IMG/VR virus record: IMGVR_UViG_3300030110_001023
Location: 1-58,094 of that record
Origin: a virus
Lineage: Duplodnaviria > Caudoviricetes
Reading direction: 5' to 3' (one strand)
Length of the DNA stretch: 58,094 nucleotides
Part shown: positions 26,633 to 37,800 of the stretch, one piece after another
Layout: each line of letters begins with the position of its first letter
Position numbering within the stretch: position 1 is the stretch's first letter
The notes under the pieces: model-generated
What the model saw: the letters and a program-made list of their open reading frames with translations, nothing else
The model's database searches: none
What the model was told of the DNA's origin: nothing
Translations under genes and position numbers: made by a program

Positions 26633-28492
26633 ATGCCCCTTCAAGACCTTAAATTTCGTGCTGGCGTTAACAGAGAAACCACATCTTATTCAAATGAAGG
26701 TGGTTGGTTTGACGTTGATAAGGTGCGCTTTCGTGACCAATATCCTGAAAAGATTGGTGGGTGGCAGAAATATTCTGGCTCTCAATTTTTAGGAACGTGC
26801 AGGTCTTTGTACGGATGGGTTGCTCTTGACGGGTCAATATATGTAGGTGTTGGGACAAATAAAAAGTTTTATGTTGAAGAAGGGGAAACATATTTCGACA
26901 TAACCCCAATAAGAAAAACAACAACAAACGCAGCTACGTTTGCAGCTTCTAATGGTTCAGCGACTATTACAGTAAGTGATTCAAATCATGGTGCTGGCGT
27001 TGGAGACTTTGTAACATTTAGCGGCGCAGTTTCTTTAGGTGGTACTATTACTGCTGCTGTATTAAACGCAGAACATGAAATAGTTACAGTACCAAACTCT
27101 TCTACATACACAATAACAGCTTCAGCTACAGCAAACTCAAGCGATACGGGTAATGGCGGTGGATCAGTAACTGCTGTCTATCAAATAAACATAGGACTAG
27201 ACACTGGTGTTAGTGGTTCAGGTTGGGGTGTTGGAACTTGGGGCCGTGGTACTTGGGGTTCAGCGTCTACAAGCACTGTAGCTTCTGCTCAACTTGGGCT
27301 GTGGAGCCAAGATAACTTTGGTGAAGACCTGCTGTTAAATCAACGCCAAGGTAATATTTATTATTGGGATGCATCAAGCGGCACAAGCACAAGAGCCGTT
27401 GTGTTATCAAGTTTGGCTAACTCAAATCTCGCACCTACTATTGCAAAGCAAATTTTGGTTTCTGACAGAGACAGACATGTTCTTGCTTTTGGATGTGATG
27501 ATGAGTCGTCAATAGGAACACAAGACCCGCTATTAATACGTTTTGCAGATCAAGAGTCTTTGACTGATTGGGAAACAAGAACCGATAATACAGCAGGTAG
27601 TTTAAGGCTTGGCACAGGATCAGAGATAGTTTGTGCCAAAGAAACCCGAGAAGAGATACTCGTTTGGACAGATGTGTCGCTTCATTCCGTGCGCTTTATT
27701 GGACCGCCGTTTACTTTTGGTCTCAGGCAGGTATCTGGTTTAATAACAATCATATCCCCTAACGCATCTATAGCAGTTGAAGACTTTGCTGTGTGGATGG
27801 GGCGCGATGATTTCTTTGTGTACAAAGGCGGGGTCAATACACTGCCCTGCACAGTAAAGCAGTATGTGTTTTCTGATTTAAACCAAGCCCAAACTCAAAA
27901 GATTTTCTGTGGCGTTAATTCAGCTTTTAGTGAAATCTGGTGGTTCTATCCATCATCTAGTTCTTTGGAAAATGATCGTTATGTGGTTTGGAACTACACA
28001 AACAATCTCTGGTATTACGGGAATTTATTTAGAACTGCTTGGTTAGACAGGGGGATTAAAGACTTTCCTATTGGAGCATCAAGTGACGGTTATCTTTATA
28101 ACCATGAGTTTGGCTTAGATGACGGGTCTACTGATCCTGCATCACCCATATCTTCTTTCATTGAATCATCTCAGGTAGACATTGGGCAAGGCGATAACTT
28201 TGCTTTTGTAAACAGGATTATTCCAGATATATCTTTTTCAACCAGCACAGTATCTGATCCAAGTGCAAATGTAATTTTAAAAAGTAGAAATTTTCCCGGT
28301 GGCGGCTTTCAACAAACAGATACAACTGGCGTAACGCAAACAGCGACCACGCCAGTTGAACTGTACACAGAGAAGGCTGACATACGATTGCGTGGGCGCT
28401 CTATGACTTTAAGAGTAGAGTCAAATGCAACTGGCGTTCAATGGAAACTTGGTACGCCACGCATGAACATACGCCCTGATGGGCGGCGATAA
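26633..28492 (+). CDS. tail nozzle / DNA-stabilisation protein (P22 gp10-like)
   Basis: KVRFR..PEKIGGW, DNFGEDL, DPLLIRF.DQE, RLRGR...LRVES, W.LGTPR...RPDGRR. Confidence 0.75.
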   Translation: MPLQDLKFRAGVNRETTSYSNEGGWFDVDKVRFRDQYPEKIGGWQKYSGSQFLGTCRSLYGWVALDGSIYVGVGTNKKFYVEEGETYFDITPIRKTTTNAATFAASNGSATITVSDSNHGAGVGDFVTFSGAVSLGGTITAAVLNAEHEIVTVPNSSTYTITASATANSSDTGNGGGSVTAVYQINIGLDTGVSGSGWGVGTWGRGTWGSASTSTVASAQLGLWSQDNFGEDLLLNQRQGNIYYWDASSGTSTRAVVLSSLANSNLAPTIAKQILVSDRDRHVLAFGCDDESSIGTQDPLLIRFADQESLTDWETRTDNTAGSLRLGTGSEIVCAKETREEILVWTDVSLHSVRFIGPPFTFGLRQVSGLITIISPNASIAVEDFAVWMGRDDFFVYKGGVNTLPCTVKQYVFSDLNQAQTQKIFCGVNSAFSEIWWFYPSSSSLENDRYVVWNYTNNLWYYGNLFRTAWLDRGIKDFPIGASSDGYLYNHEFGLDDGSTDPASPISSFIESSQVDIGQGDNFAFVNRIIPDISFSTSTVSDPSANVILKSRNFPGGGFQQTDTTGVTQTATTPVELYTEKADIRLRGRSMTLRVESNATGVQWKLGTPRMNIRPDGRR

Positions 28493-28797
28493 TGGCAAGG
28501 AGGCCGATAGCACCAGCAGCACCAACATTTTTAACACCACCAGCAAACTACGATGTGGGTTACTTTGGTGCCCTCTCTGCAAACTTAAATATACTGGTGG
28601 GTCAAATCGAAAACCCCGGCTTAGTTCGTGCTGAGGGTTTAACACTAACAAACTTAAAAACAAACGATACGGAACTTGGGGCTGGAGACGTTTTTGAGGT
28701 AGATGGATTTTTAAAAGTAAGTAGAATACATAATCCGCATGTTGCGGGGAATACCAGTACAGGATCAGTAGGTTCTGTTACAGTATCGATTAGTTAG
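28492..28797 (+). CDS. small tail-associated protein
   Basis: Follows the nozzle gene; C-terminal GSVGSVTVSIS resembles that of 19199-19543. Confidence 0.55.
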   Translation: MARRPIAPAAPTFLTPPANYDVGYFGALSANLNILVGQIENPGLVRAEGLTLTNLKTNDTELGAGDVFEVDGFLKVSRIHNPHVAGNTSTGSVGSVTVSIS

Positions 28798-28803
28798 GAG
28801 GGC

Positions 28804-30639
28804 GTGATGAGCCTAGTAGAAGCAGCAGAAGCGGTAAGGCAGAAAGGACGATTTGGCGATACCGTTCTCATGCACGTCAACCCCGAAGAAGCCAAGGCTT
28901 TGGCTCATGGATCAGGTGGTTACCTAACAACAAATCCTGACACTGGATTACCAGAAGCGTTTCTTCCTGCACTGCTTCCCATTATCGGGGGACTTGGTGG
29001 CACTGCTTTAGCAACATCAGGTGCTTTAACTGGTCTTGGTGCAGCGGGTGCTTTTCTTAGCGCCAATCCATTCTTAGCAGGAGCGATAGGCTCTGGATTG
29101 GGAAAGTTTATTGGAACGGGTGATTTAGGTGAGGGTCTCAAGACTGGTCTTATATCTGGTGTAACTGGTGGCTTGCTTCAGGGTTTATCTGGCGGTGAGT
29201 TTATTAATACACCAGAGGCTATTGGTGGTGTAGAGCAACTAGCTAATGTTCCTAATGTTACTGTTGATCAAGCGGTTGCTATTAAACAAGCTGCTGATGC
29301 AGCGGGAAACATTGGGCAGGTAAAAACCTTAGGAATACCGGGGTCAGAAAATATATTAAAAGAGGTGCAAAAGTCTGCTGCTTCTTTGCCAGCAGGTTAT
29401 AATCCTAGTGAAAGCATCACTACTGCTGGTACAGGAGTACTTTCACCTTCGACTGCTCCTTATATAGACCCAACCACGGGGCTTCTACAGGAGGGTAACC
29501 TAAACATAGCGGGTGAGCTTGCTGGTGGGGTGGGCAGTGCTATCCTTGGAGATGCAATGGACCCACAAACTGTAAACTTTGATGACGTTGCAACGAGAAA
29601 GTCTTATGACGCACCAGAGAGGATTGGCGTAAGAGAGCGTTTCTTACCCGATGAAGATTTCAGAGGCGGCGTAGATCCAGAGTTCGATTACTTCGGCGAA
29701 ACGACTTATGCTGCTGATGGCGGTCCAATCAAAATGCAAGACGGTGGTGTCACTAGTTTTAGTTCAAGTAAAGATGTAGCTGATGCGTTCTCTCAAGGAT
29801 TACCAGCAGCCGCATACGCTGAACAAATGCGCCGTGGTGTTATGGGCGATAAATCTTTTACTGCTGCTTACATGGATGCTATGTCAAAATTGTTCAACAT
29901 GTTCCGTAGCGAAGAGGGCCAGCGCGGTGGTCGGATTGCTGAAAAGGTAGGTCCAAAATTAGTTGATAGAAACAGAGCAGATAGGGTTCTTCAGGAATTA
30001 TTGGGCAGTGATGAGTTTGTTATTCCTGTTGATCAAACAGTAGACATGCCTAAAACCCCCACACGCCGTTACGATGGTGGCGCAATCAAAATGCAGGACG
30101 GCATGGGTTTAGCGGCTATGGCTGGTGTGATGGATGATGCAGACCCAGACTCTGCTATGATGCAAATACAATCAATGATGATGGAAGGCCAGCAAGGTGA
30201 CGAAGATACATCTAACATTATTATTGACGAGGCAATATCAGCTATTCGAGGTGAACATGCGAACCCAGAAGTTGCCATACAAGCCTTTGTTGAACAATAC
30301 GGAGAAAACGCACTTGATGTTTTGGTAACGCAAGTTCAGCAAGAAGAGATGCTAGAACAGATGGGACGCAATCAAGACATGCTTGTTGAAGGCGACGGTA
30401 TGATTGAAGGCATGGGCAAGGGCCGTGATGACATGGTGCAAGCAACACTAGAGGGGGAGCAAGACGTTCTTCTTTCTGACGGAGAGTTTGTGCTTCCTGC
30501 TGACGTTGTCTCTGGCATAGGCGACGGTAGTTCTAAAGCTGGAGAAGCAGAACTGATGGCGCTTATAGATCGTGTAAGGACACGGCGTACTGGAACTAAG
30601 GAGCCACCGAACATGGTTGGGGAGGTGCTTCCTGCATGA
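28804..30639 (+). CDS. internal virion/ejection protein
   Basis: GRFGDTVLMHVNP.E, NPDTGLPEAF, glycine-zipper hydrophobic segments, C-terminal G.G..D.V.A.L...LSDGEFVLPADVVS..G.GSS.AG. Confidence 0.68.
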   Translation: MMSLVEAAEAVRQKGRFGDTVLMHVNPEEAKALAHGSGGYLTTNPDTGLPEAFLPALLPIIGGLGGTALATSGALTGLGAAGAFLSANPFLAGAIGSGLGKFIGTGDLGEGLKTGLISGVTGGLLQGLSGGEFINTPEAIGGVEQLANVPNVTVDQAVAIKQAADAAGNIGQVKTLGIPGSENILKEVQKSAASLPAGYNPSESITTAGTGVLSPSTAPYIDPTTGLLQEGNLNIAGELAGGVGSAILGDAMDPQTVNFDDVATRKSYDAPERIGVRERFLPDEDFRGGVDPEFDYFGETTYAADGGPIKMQDGGVTSFSSSKDVADAFSQGLPAAAYAEQMRRGVMGDKSFTAAYMDAMSKLFNMFRSEEGQRGGRIAEKVGPKLVDRNRADRVLQELLGSDEFVIPVDQTVDMPKTPTRRYDGGAIKMQDGMGLAAMAGVMDDADPDSAMMQIQSMMMEGQQGDEDTSNIIIDEAISAIRGEHANPEVAIQAFVEQYGENALDVLVTQVQQEEMLEQMGRNQDMLVEGDGMIEGMGKGRDDMVQATLEGEQDVLLSDGEFVLPADVVSGIGDGSSKAGEAELMALIDRVRTRRTGTKEPPNMVGEVLPA

Positions 30640-31052
30640 TTGTTTCCCTAGTACCTGTTGAGTACATCGATAGAGAATGGGATCATGTTGCTAATTTAAT
30701 ATCGAAAGCTGTTCAGCGTTCTGGTGGCAGATGGGATATTGGTTCTGTTTATGAAGAGGTAAAGGCTGGTTATCAACAACTGTTCATTGTTTATGATGAA
30801 GACAAGAAAGAAACGAAAGCAGCTTGGACATCTAAGTTTCTTGATTATCCGGGAGCTAAGTCTTTGCAGACTATTTTTATAGGCGGTTCTGGATATGATG
30901 AGTGGTTTGATGAGGTAAATGATTTTATAAGACGGTGGGCATCTGAAAACGATTGTAAGTTTGTTGAGTTCATTGGGCGTAAAGGTTGGGAAAGAAAGCT
31001 AAAAAAGATTGGCTGGACTTCTGAATATTATTCTTATCGTATGGAGATATAG
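30636..31052 (+). CDS. GNAT-fold protein of the ejection module
   Basis: YP..K.L...FIGG...WA.EN.C..VE..GRKGWERKL...GW. Confidence 0.62.
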   Translation: MIVSLVPVEYIDREWDHVANLISKAVQRSGGRWDIGSVYEEVKAGYQQLFIVYDEDKKETKAAWTSKFLDYPGAKSLQTIFIGGSGYDEWFDEVNDFIRRWASENDCKFVEFIGRKGWERKLKKIGWTSEYYSYRMEI

Positions 31053-31054
31053 TC

Positions 31055-32113
31055 ATGGGTAAAGGCGGCGGCGGTGGTGGTTCTCCTCCCCCACAAACAT
31101 CACAGGTAACTCAGACTACAAGTAACCTTCCTGAATATGTAGAACCTTATTTTAAAAGGTTGCTAGATAGAGCGGAGGGGCAGACTAATTTACCTTACGA
31201 AACCTATGGTCAAACAAGGATTGCTCTGCCTACAACAGCAGGTGCTGCCTCTGAAACAATGGTAACTGACATTGCTCAAGACCCTACCACAAGTGCAATG
31301 TTTGATGTGGCGGGACTGGAGTTTGCAGAACAGATTACTCGTCCTACACAATTTACAGGAACAGACTTAGTTACTCAGTTTGACCCAACCGCTACATATG
31401 AAGCTTATGCTGCGCCAACAGAAAGTGTTATGGCAGCAACTGACCCTCGTGATAATTTACAAAGCTTTATAAATCCATACCTTGAAAACGTGCTTGCCCA
31501 GCAAGAAGCTTCGGCAAGACGCAGGTTCGATGAAGCGCAAGCTGGCAGAGATTTTCAAGCTAGGGACGCATTTAGTGGAAGCCGAAGGTTTGTTCCTACC
31601 GCACTAGCGCAGCGTGATCTTGATGAAAGATTAGATCGAATGGGTGGAGAGGCGCGGTCTCAAGCATTTGATCGTGCCCTTGCTGCTGCAACTGGACAAC
31701 AAGAACTAGCTGTAAAAACAAGAGCGCAAGCTCTCCAAGATGCAGCAGCGCAACAAGCCACCCGTTTAAAAGCAGCAGAGACGGCTGACCGTTTGGGACT
31801 AGCTGGTGCAGAAGCTTTGTTGGGTGTAGCCCCTGCCAAGCAACAAACAAGGCTTGAGCAAGCCTCTTCTTTGGGAGCGGTGGGTGAAGCACAGCGTTTA
31901 AGAAATCAAGCAGAGCTTGATCAAGCGTATCAAGACTTTATCAATCAGCGTGATTATGAAAGAGGTCAACTGCAATTCCTGTCATCTATTCTTCGAGGTG
32001 TACCGATTACGCCTGAGTCTGAGGTGCGTAGGTTAGAGCCGCCTCCCAGCCCGTACACCCCATTGCTTAGTCTTGGTCTGGGCGCAGCAGGACTGTCAAA
32101 AATACTAGGTTAA
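31055..32113 (+). CDS. DNA ejection/pilot protein
   Basis: MGKGGGGG start, LPEYVEPY, FINPY...V, AFSGSR, Gln/Ala-rich helices, hydrophobic C-terminus. Confidence 0.68.
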   Translation: MGKGGGGGGSPPPQTSQVTQTTSNLPEYVEPYFKRLLDRAEGQTNLPYETYGQTRIALPTTAGAASETMVTDIAQDPTTSAMFDVAGLEFAEQITRPTQFTGTDLVTQFDPTATYEAYAAPTESVMAATDPRDNLQSFINPYLENVLAQQEASARRRFDEAQAGRDFQARDAFSGSRRFVPTALAQRDLDERLDRMGGEARSQAFDRALAAATGQQELAVKTRAQALQDAAAQQATRLKAAETADRLGLAGAEALLGVAPAKQQTRLEQASSLGAVGEAQRLRNQAELDQAYQDFINQRDYERGQLQFLSSILRGVPITPESEVRRLEPPPSPYTPLLSLGLGAAGLSKILG

Positions 32114-32128
32114 ATACGGAGACGTAAG

Positions 32129-34825
32129 ATGGTAGCAAATCTGGTACAGCTTCAAGACAAGCTGAAAGACCTGAGTGATAAGCAGCTTCGGGATATATAC
32201 TCGAAGGGCACTGTCCCTCAGTTTCTTGTGATGACAGAAATGGGTCGTCGTAAAGAAATGCAAGAGGAGTATCAGAGAAATCAACAGCAACAAGCTACCA
32301 CTGTTGCTCAAGACCTAATGTCTCCTGCAACAGACATGGCAAGAACTATAGGTGGTATGGCACAACCACAAAACAGAATGTCTATGCAAGGACAAGACCT
32401 GCCTATTGAACAGTCAATGACAACTATGCCCATGTCACCTCAGCCAATGGCAAATAAGTTACCAGTAACTTCTATGGCTAATGGCGGTCTTGCAAAAATA
32501 AACAAGTCCTCTCCTCGTAAGATGGACATTGGTGGTGCGCTGGGTATGTCAAGCATGACCCCGGTTCAATCTAGGGGTATGACCCCTTTTGCATCTAGCA
32601 TCATGCGCCCGCCCCCAGATTTTCATCCTTTTGGAGGTGGACTAAAGGAAGAGCTTGATGAAGTAGATGCGGATTTATCTGGTCTTTCAGAGAAGATAGA
32701 TGACGTGGGAGAATATGCAGAGAGACGTGGTAATGCTCTGGCTCAGGGGGTTGAAGCTCAGATTGAAAATTATGAAAATAATATTCAAGGCCAGTTAGGA
32801 ACTGGTTCTTATAATAATCCTTATCAGAGGTTTCTTGATAACCCAAGAGGGCCGAGGCCTATTGCTGGTAAGGGTGGTGTGAGAATGGGCGGTAAACCGC
32901 TTGATATGACACAGGTTGTCCGTGACCCTCAACCTGCAAACATAAATCAACAGACTCAACAGACTATGGCTGATGGTGGCCTTGCAAAGATCAGGGCGCA
33001 GAATGGTTTTTTTGCTAGACCAGTTCGTCAACAACCTTATCCACAAACATCTCTTTCTCTTGCTGATCAACGTCGACTCAGAATGGAAGCATTGAGAGAG
33101 TCGGCGGCTGCTAGTAATCCAATGAGGAGTATAATAGACGGCATTACTCCAATGGATGTTCGTCCTACTTTATCTCCGTCACAACAAATAAAATATGATC
33201 AATTAGGCACTGCTATATATGACGATATAAATCTTGCCAAAGACCTTTTCCCCAATCAACCAGACTTGCAATTACAGTATATACAAGGTGCATCCCCCGA
33301 TATCGTAAGTAGTGGAGGAAGAGGTGATGCTGGTACTATAAGTCAGATGGCTTTGTCTGATCTTTCCACTGAGGGTCCAGAAGGTGGTTTAGCAAGTTAT
33401 GATCCTTTCTATGGATTTTCCCCAGATCCAATTAATTTATCAACGCAAATGCCTTATCCCAGTGCTGATTTGTCTGGGCGTGGTCTTACATATTCAACGG
33501 CTACAGGGCCACAAACCCCTGATTTAGTAAGCAGTGGAGGCAGGGGTGATGCGGGCACTAGAATGCGTATGGCCATGTTAAACGCTTCAAATACTCAAGT
33601 ACCACCAGTGTCTTCAAGCACAACTGCACCTGAAGGCCCAAATCCTTTTATACGACAAGCGGGTATACAAACTGTTCCTAAACCTGATTATTCAGGTGGG
33701 CCTTCTGATAGAAGAGTTGGAGGCATAACAACTGATTTGTCTGATTTTCAGGCAAGGCTGAAGGAAGTAAAGGGAAAACAATTTACGCCACCCACTGCGA
33801 CTCAAGCTGCAACAGATCGACTTGCTGCAACAAACAAAGCTTTGGCAGCAGCACAAGCAGCGCAGACTGGTGACTCAGTTTACAAAGACTTGTTTGCTAA
33901 CCTCGATAAAAGAACGGAAGCATCTGAGGATGCTGGTGATGAGGCGTTAGGGTTAGCATTGCTAGATGCTGCCTTGCGGGTAGCTGGTTCTAAAAGCCCA
34001 TCAGCATTCCAGGCTTTAGGTGAGGCTGCACCAGCGGTAAGAGGGTACGCTAAAACTAAAGCAGAGATTAGAAAAGAACAAAACAATCTGTTGGATTCTC
34101 GCGCCAAGCTAACGCAACTCAAGCTTGCTGAGACGCAAGGCAATAAAGAAGAGGTCCGTAAGATACGACAAGAGTTGAGGCAGATAAATCAAGATCAGGC
34201 ACAGATCGAAGACAGAGCCTTTAAACGATTTAATGATGAAAGAACCCTCAACCTAAATCTGATTAGCGCTGAGTCTAAACTTGCTACAGCCAAAACTGCT
34301 GAAAAAAGACAGAACGCAACACTTGCTGTACAAAACGCACAACTAGCGATCAGTAAAAATAAACTAGAAACTCAAGCTGGTGACATAACATTCACCATTA
34401 GCAATCTTAAAAAAGACCTGCCTAGATTGACTGGTCAAGCTAAACTACAAGCCGAAGAAGCTATTAAATTTTATGAAGATAGGCTCACAGACGTTACAAA
34501 AACTATTCAGCAAACAAAAACGCCGAGTGCGCTACAGTCAATGACCATGCAAACCAGATTGTTGGCGCAACAAAAGTCACTACAAGGTCAAATAACCGCA
34601 GATGAAAAAAAATATAGAAGTAAAGATTATTTTTTAAAAACACAATTGGATAAGTCTGCTGCTGGAAGAAAAAGAGCAGAGGAAGAGTACGCTGCTTTTC
34701 AAACAAGACTTAAGAACAACAAAAAGTTACTTGAAAGAATTAATCAACAGTTAGGTGGTAAACCAGCTTCTGGAGTCACCTCTCTTGAAGACTTACGATC
34801 AGAAATCGCGAACCAAAGTAAGTAA
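32129..34825 (+). CDS. internal virion/ejection protein (898 aa)
   Basis: Low-complexity middle region with MxxGG motifs, coiled-coil C-terminus, position in the ejection module. Confidence 0.62.
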   Translation: MVANLVQLQDKLKDLSDKQLRDIYSKGTVPQFLVMTEMGRRKEMQEEYQRNQQQQATTVAQDLMSPATDMARTIGGMAQPQNRMSMQGQDLPIEQSMTTMPMSPQPMANKLPVTSMANGGLAKINKSSPRKMDIGGALGMSSMTPVQSRGMTPFASSIMRPPPDFHPFGGGLKEELDEVDADLSGLSEKIDDVGEYAERRGNALAQGVEAQIENYENNIQGQLGTGSYNNPYQRFLDNPRGPRPIAGKGGVRMGGKPLDMTQVVRDPQPANINQQTQQTMADGGLAKIRAQNGFFARPVRQQPYPQTSLSLADQRRLRMEALRESAAASNPMRSIIDGITPMDVRPTLSPSQQIKYDQLGTAIYDDINLAKDLFPNQPDLQLQYIQGASPDIVSSGGRGDAGTISQMALSDLSTEGPEGGLASYDPFYGFSPDPINLSTQMPYPSADLSGRGLTYSTATGPQTPDLVSSGGRGDAGTRMRMAMLNASNTQVPPVSSSTTAPEGPNPFIRQAGIQTVPKPDYSGGPSDRRVGGITTDLSDFQARLKEVKGKQFTPPTATQAATDRLAATNKALAAAQAAQTGDSVYKDLFANLDKRTEASEDAGDEALGLALLDAALRVAGSKSPSAFQALGEAAPAVRGYAKTKAEIRKEQNNLLDSRAKLTQLKLAETQGNKEEVRKIRQELRQINQDQAQIEDRAFKRFNDERTLNLNLISAESKLATAKTAEKRQNATLAVQNAQLAISKNKLETQAGDITFTISNLKKDLPRLTGQAKLQAEEAIKFYEDRLTDVTKTIQQTKTPSALQSMTMQTRLLAQQKSLQGQITADEKKYRSKDYFLKTQLDKSAAGRKRAEEEYAAFQTRLKNNKKLLERINQQLGGKPASGVTSLEDLRSEIANQSK
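32456..32471. promoter_or_regulatory. 16-bp palindromic site, copy 4 (AAGTTACCAGTAACTT), intragenic
   Basis: Identical to the copy at 44943. Confidence 0.45.
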
Positions 34826-34830
34826 AAATT

Positions 34831-37800
34831 ATGGGTGAAATAATTGATATTCCAAACATTGGGCCTATTGAATTTCCTGATGGGATGTCTCGTGATGAAA
34901 TCCTAAACATAATTGATAACGAATTACTGCCCGGTCTTCAGCAACAAGAACCACAAGCTCCTCCCGAATATGACTATGCGGCACGGGATGAGATGGGATT
35001 CTTCGAGCGGTTTGGGGAACAGGTTGGTTCTAGCGCCAGCATATTGCGTGGTCTTGGCTCTCAGTTTGTCGAGGCAACTGGTGAAGCCACAGGTATAGAA
35101 GCTCTTGAAGAATTTGGAGAAGAAGGCCGAGAGGCTTTTGAGCAAAGACAGAAAGAAAAAGAAGTACCGACAATACAGTTTACTGACATCAGGAACCTGA
35201 GTGATGTCGGTAGTTGGATAACTGATACGGCTGGTGAACAAGTCCTTCTTAGTGCCCCAAGCATCGCAGGAAGTCTTGCTCTTGGTAAAGCAGGTGCGGC
35301 TATAGGAACAGTGTTTGCTCCCGGCGTGGGCACTGTTATTGGTGGCACAATAGGGGCAACACTAGGTGCATTTATTCCTTCCTTAGTGTTAGGGGTTGGT
35401 GAAGTACAGGGATCAATAAAAGAAAAAGATGAAACGGTAGAGGCACCGGGAGCAGCGTTTCTAGGAGGTAGTGCGATTGCTGCTTTAGACTCTGTCCTTC
35501 CTGGCAAGATAGGAGGTCAGATAGTCAAGAGATTTGGTGCAGATGTTGCTGAAGATGTAGCGCAACGTGCATTGTTGAAACCAATCAAGCGTGAGTACAT
35601 CAAGGCTGCTGGCAAAGGCATAGCTACAGAAGGCATTACAGAAGCCTTGCAAGAAGCTATTGCTGAAGTCACTGCCGTTCAAGCAACTGGCCAAGAGGTA
35701 GACGGGTCACAACTTGCAGAGATAATGATCAATGCTGGTGCTGCTGGTGCATTGATGGGAGGCACCCTCAGGACTGGGGCAGAGCGGTTTAAGAAAACAA
35801 GAACTCAAGAAGAAATAGACCAAGCAAAGGCAGAGGTAGATAAAAGACAGGAACAAAGAGACGAAGAAATAAAAGGTATAATAACGCCAGACCCAGATGC
35901 ACCTCTGCAAATAACATATGAAGAAGCGTCTTTTACCACCGATACCCCAGAGCAAGTCGTTGATACAATTATTGACGAGTCAGTATCACAAGGTGCTGAC
36001 ACAGGACTGGGGCAAGATATAGGCGAAGGCGCACCTATTGGTCCGTTTACAGTAAGACCAATGCCGGGAGGTGGCTTTACTGTTGTGAACGGAGCAGGAG
36101 AAGTACGCACACCTATATTTGGCACCTTAGACCAAGCACAAGAAGCTGCTGATCTGTTAGCTGAAAGGGTTCCAGAGGCCATAGAAGTAGCAGAGATTGA
36201 GTTTACAGAAGCTGCTGCACAACGTGCGCTTGAAGATAATAAGATTAAAGAAACAGAAGCTACTCTCGAAGCAGCGAAAGAAACGATAACTCCTTTGGGC
36301 TTCCTGTCCCGTGAGGACGTAGGTTCTAAAATAGCAAGTCAGATAGATAGGAAGAGAACTTTAGCTGTTTCTTTGAGACCCGGAGAGACTGTGCAGAACG
36401 ATGGCCAGTATACAATTGAAGAGGTAGCAGAGACTGGCGCATCCAATGAAGTTCTTAGTAACATCATTTCTAATAAGAGGCCTGTTACACAAGACCCAGA
36501 CCTCAATGTTTCTGTGAGAGACATAGAAGACTTATCATCTACCAAGAATATACGGTTTGGAGACGATGCCTTTAAGACGTTTTCTCTTAGAACAACAGGC
36601 AAGTCCATGCCTCAGAACATGTCTCAGGTGCAGCGCAATGTTCTGTTTGAAAGCATAGACGCACTACCTGAGTTTGAAAACGAGACATCTATCCCGGTTA
36701 TCAAATACCCACACTTTACATCGAAGCAAATACAGGATGTAGCCAAAGCTATCAGGGAGACGGGAAAAGTTAGCGACAAGCTAATTATGGAAACTCTTGA
36801 AGCCCCCAATATTCGTGGCACAAGACGAAAAGAAATATCCAATGAAGTTCGTAGAGAGTTAGTGCGAAGAGGTGTGCTGCAAAGAGATGGTTCTGTAAAA
36901 AAACGATCTGTTGTAAAACCTTCCTTTGAAAGAAGTCCTGCCCCTAATGTAAAAAAACAAGAGCTACTTCAAAGACTAGAGCCTTTAGCTAGTGCCATAA
37001 ACGAAAGGTTTCAGCAAAGGGTAAAGGCTTTCCCAGAGCTAAAAGATGTTAGGTTAAAATTTAATAATGTAATAGACGATATTGCGACTGGAGAAATACA
37101 GCAAGACGCTGAAGGAGATTTTGTTACTAAACAAGAACAGGGTCAGTTCTTCAAGGCAATAAGACTTGCTGTGAATGTTGTTACTGACCCGTCAAAATCA
37201 GATCAAGAAAATATAGCAGCATTAGCTGAGGTCTTGGATCATGAGTTTATTCACGCAGCTTATGAAGCAGGTGTTGTAACTGATCAAGAGCAAGCATCTC
37301 TCGAATCTTTTGTTAAGAAAGCAAAGCGACCCGGCACTGATGGCAAGACTTATTATGATGATAGAGTTGATGCGCTTGACCCAAATACAAGTGAGGAGTT
37401 GCTTGTAGAAGAAGCTGTCGCAGAGGCGTTCAGAGACTACGCTGCTGGTCGTCGCGTGTTCCCGCCAAAGACACGGAGCATATTCCGAAAGATTGCAGAG
37501 TTTTTTGGTTTGTTAAAGCAAGCTGCTGCTGATGCTGACATTGTAACAGGTAACGAAATATTTCAACGGCTTGATGCTGGTGTAAGTCCGAGCAGTCCAA
37601 AAAGACAGCGTAGTGAAGCTACAGCAACTACGGCTCCGATGGCAAACCTCAAGCCAGCGGATAGGGCAAAGGTAGAAAGTGGTGAGAGGCTTCCTGATTT
37701 TGTCGAGCCTCCTGAAAAGACTAAACAAAAGCTTTCTAGGAAACGTGCCCGTAAAGTACCAGCACCTGTAGGTGAAAATCCTTTCCCGACACCTCCTCAA

